A DNA stretch of 32,000 nucleotides, from positions 1,151,733 to 1,183,732 of the forward strand of contig NC_015722.1 of assembly GCF_000219355.1 (NCBI RefSeq). The letters are read 5' to 3'. Below the pieces are notes generated by a model that searched no databases, was not told the origin of the DNA, and saw only the letters and a list, made by a program, of their open reading frames with translations. A program made the position numbers and the translations under genes. This DNA is from Candidatus Midichloria mitochondrii IricVA. Its GTDB lineage: Bacteria; Pseudomonadota; Alphaproteobacteria; Rickettsiales; Midichloriaceae. This document shows, one piece after another, positions 29,416 through 32,000 of the stretch; position 1 is the stretch's first letter; each line of letters opens with the position of its first letter.

Positions 29416-30373
29416 TAACCCCCCAGTTCGGAGTAAGCTTTAAAAAAATTGCCTGATATGGTTTTAAAAAAGCTGGGTAACCATTAAATTTTTCTCAATT
29501 TATGATAAATAAGAAAAATGGTTCTCTTAATCGAAATATTCTGTTCGATCGGTGAGTTTTGCAAGCGTTTCTCAACAACTCATGCACCGAAGATCCTTAA
29601 GAAACTCGCAGAGGCAAAGGAAACGAGAGTCTAGGATGATGCTTTCCGAAGTTATAACGATCCTCGTTTTGTTTCATTTGAGGGCATTACCGGATTCAAA
29701 GATTTTTACCTAAACTGTTTTCAAATCTCTCTCAGAGAGGAATTGCCGAAGCTTATCAGCTACAATCGCTTTGTTGAGCTGGATGCGAGACGCGGTCATC
29801 CCGTTGGTCATTCTGCTGAATTGCTGCAAAGGGAAACAAACAGGTACGTTGACTCAACAAAAAGCTGGAAGGTTTGTCATAACTCACGTACTAGCCGTAA
29901 TAAGGTCCTTAAAGGCATCGCTCAGCGTGGGAAAACGTCGACCCGGATGGTTCTTTGGCCTCAATGATCAAGGAGAGATTATGTCATTCACACTGACTTC
30001 GGGTAATACAGATGATCGAGCCGTTGTCGAGAAACTGACTCAATATTTGACAGGCCTTCTATTCGGAGATCGGTGGTATATAAGCAAAAACACTGAGCAA
30101 TCAAGGTATTGAGCTCATCACACGGCTTAAGAAAAACATGAAAAACAAAACCCGTTTGCGGCTTTTAAACAACTGCTTCTTGCAGGGCGTGGATTGATTG
30201 AAACAGCCATCGGAGAATTGAAAGAGATTTGCCAAATCCAGCGCCACGGCATCACTCGCCAAACAATTTCTTGGCAGGCCTCTTCTCAGGGCTCTTGGCT
30301 TATGTCTTCAACCCAATATATCTCATGGAAAAATAGGCTCACGGGCCTACTCCTTAACGTCAAACTGAGGTTA
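29416..30373 (+). mobile_element. IS982-family element, copy F (full length; divergent first ~220 bp; transposase frame broken)
   Basis: Left end TAACCCCCCAG at 29416, right end CTGAGGTTA at 30373. It keeps 8 bp (TTTCTCAA after GCAAGCG) and 9 bp (giving RLKKNMKNKT) that the other copies lack. Confidence 0.8.
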
Positions 30374-30395
30374 AAATATGAAAAAACTCGTAGTT

Positions 30396-31302
30396 TCATG
30401 AATTGCTTGAATTCGCTCCCAAACTAACTATTAAACGTTTTTCTTCCTCTGTCATAAAGCTAATTTTATCTATTCTTCCCCAAAAGGCTTGGCGACTAGG
30501 TGCGAGGGCTGTAATGTTATCGCTTATCATAAAGGTAAGCTCAAAATTATTATTAAAAATGGGTTGTAGCCACCTATTCAGATGCTTTAAAGTATTATCC
30601 GCTAAAGGTAATATTGTTTGCTCCCAAAGGGCAATTCGTGCTTTTTTTAGGTTGCTATATGTATTATCGCCTGGGATGCCCAGAAGTTGCGGAGGAACAC
30701 CAAATGATAATGCGATATCTCGAACCGAGCTATGTTTTGCTGAAATGAAATCCATGTCTTTGGGGTGACAGGCTCATCTCATGCCATTCTAAGCCTCCTT
30801 CAAGTAGTATAGGTTTGCCAGTGTTCGCCGGACTAGCAAATGATTCATTTATCATATTTTTACTCCATTAAATTGTTCAGGAGTAAGAGTGCCAAGTGGT
30901 ACAAACTAGCTTAGAATTGCTATCACTAACAGCTAACAAATAAGCGTTGCCATGAATTTGTCTATATATATAAACTTCAGATAACAGCTCAACCCCGCTT
31001 TTTAAGGGGTTAGGAGACTTAAGTAAACTGAGTACTGCATGATCATTTTTTTCTTGTTTTACTCTTTTGTCGAATTCGTACAGTTTCAAAGGAACACTAG
31101 CTGCGTCTTGTGAAACTAAATTAATTGCTCTGTAAGCTATAACGTTTTTTGTATAAGCGTGCCCTGCAAATTGATTATAATTTCTTTCGCTCCAAACAGG
31201 AGATCCAATAGAATAAAAATATGAATTATTTCCAAAATTTGCATTAATATTCTTTGATTCTTTACAATCTTTTGAGGGGTGGTTTTTGAATATGTTAAAC
31301 AT
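30396..31302 (-). pseudogene. Phage/GTA portal protein (HK97 family) remnant with internal deletion and frameshift
   Basis: N-terminal ORF 30877..31302 has ...AYRAINLVSQDAASVPLKLYE...LLKSPNP...GNAYLL. The C-terminal part has ...ANTGKPILLEGGLEW... (another frame, ~30770-30865) then DMDFISAKHSSVRDIALSFGVPPQLLGIPGDNTYSNLKKARIALWEQTILP (ORF 30396..30755). The locus is 907 nt, too short for a roughly 400-aa portal. Confidence 0.7.
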
Positions 31303-31580
31303 GATAGAGATATAGTTTGCTAATTTTATATTTATTAACTTTAATCGTAGTTACCTGTTTGAGTAAGTCATAAAAACGAAAAATTTTAACGCCATATTAT
31401 AAATTTTATGGGGCGCTCACTTTATTTATTTTAAATGGATAGGCGGCACTTTCCTGAGTTTCCCTTTTTGAGGAAAGTCAATATTTTTATTTGAAATAAA
31501 AATCATTAATTATCTTTACGGCTAGAGATTAATCTGCCAAATAATAATCTTAGTTTGCATCTTCATAAATAATTGTGTGC

Positions 31581-31995
31581 ATGTTTTTCAATAAAATACT
31601 ATTAATGCTTTCTGTACTGGTGAAGTTTTGTCTAACGATGCTTTTTTGCTTTTAAAATCACATAAAGATAGTTACTTGGTTGATGTAAGAACCTGTTCAG
31701 AATGGATTAGTGTTGGTGTTCCTGACCTCTCTTCCCTAAACGGGGAAGTGGTTTTCTGTCTTGGGAAGTTGCGCCGCAGATGGAGGTCAATCAAGGCTTT
31801 GTTTTAGAGCTTTCAAGTATGGTTAAGGACGAGGATGCAGGCATTTGCTTTTTATGTGGGTCAGGCTGCGGTTCTACTGAGGCGGCTGCAGCGTTTTATA
31901 ATTTTGGATACAGAAATAGTTATAATATAAGTTATGGATTTGAAGGAGAGGGCATGTGGTGGAAAGCATTAAATTTGCCGTGGAGGAAGAGATAG
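31581..31995 (+). pseudogene. Rhodanese-domain protein with apparent frameshifts
   Basis: SYLVDVRTCSEWISVGVPDL... is in one frame (no ATG; the ATG at 31581 is in another frame). SWEVAPQMEVNQGFVLEL...ICFLCGSGCGSTEAAAAFYNFGYRNSYNISYGFEG...LNLPWRKR is in a third, with the shift near 31755. Pattern: DVRt..EW plus C..G.RS-like active-site loop plus LPW. Confidence 0.6.
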
Positions 31996-32000
31996 AAAAT

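Noticed and set aside
2493-30373. The recurring near-identical sequences might be a CRISPR array or a tandem repeat family.
   Set aside because: The repeat units are 470-1040 bp, are dispersed in both orientations 4-10 kb apart, and encode transposase fragments. There are no short regularly spaced repeats anywhere in the window.
31421-31500. Hairpin ACTTTCCT/AGGAAAGT (15-nt loop) followed by a T-rich stretch, as an intrinsic terminator.
   Set aside because: No gene on the + strand ends upstream of it, and the loop is long. It lies in the divergent intergenic region between the portal remnant and the rhodanese gene, so a terminator role is unsupported.

Overview
AT-rich segment (by eye about one-third G+C) that looks like an obligate-intracellular, Rickettsiales-like alphaproteobacterium. 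Support for that guess: archaeal-type ValRS, a ProP-type MFS remnant, ankyrin and FG-GAP remnants, bc1-complex genes and a eukaryote-like kinase ORF. Recognisable housekeeping genes are a DASS transporter, radA, cvpA, an EamA/DMT permease, cytochrome b561, typA/bipA, petB, petA, an SLT transglycosylase, ruvB, a lolD-like ABC ATPase, rpmG, rpiB, an SH3-domain protein, valS and a rhodanese. They are interleaved with heavy decay. There are six copies of one IS982-family element, none with an intact transposase frame; two are internal-deletion derivatives and one is truncated at both ends. There are also an IS1-like remnant, an IS110-family remnant, dispersed GTA/phage remnants (g12-like, g13-like, portal) and pseudogenes (AAA-ATPase/PD-(D/E)XK, ProP-like MFS, FG-GAP, ankyrin). 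Several well-conserved genes are broken only by +/-1 indels in A/T homopolymers, which could be real or a sequencing artefact. The most notable intact accessory gene is a 566-aa ORF with PI3/4-kinase-like catalytic motifs. No rRNA, tRNA or CRISPR array was recognised. IS ends and pseudogene limits come from by-eye alignment (about +/-10 nt). All family assignments rest on remembered motif patterns, not on searches.
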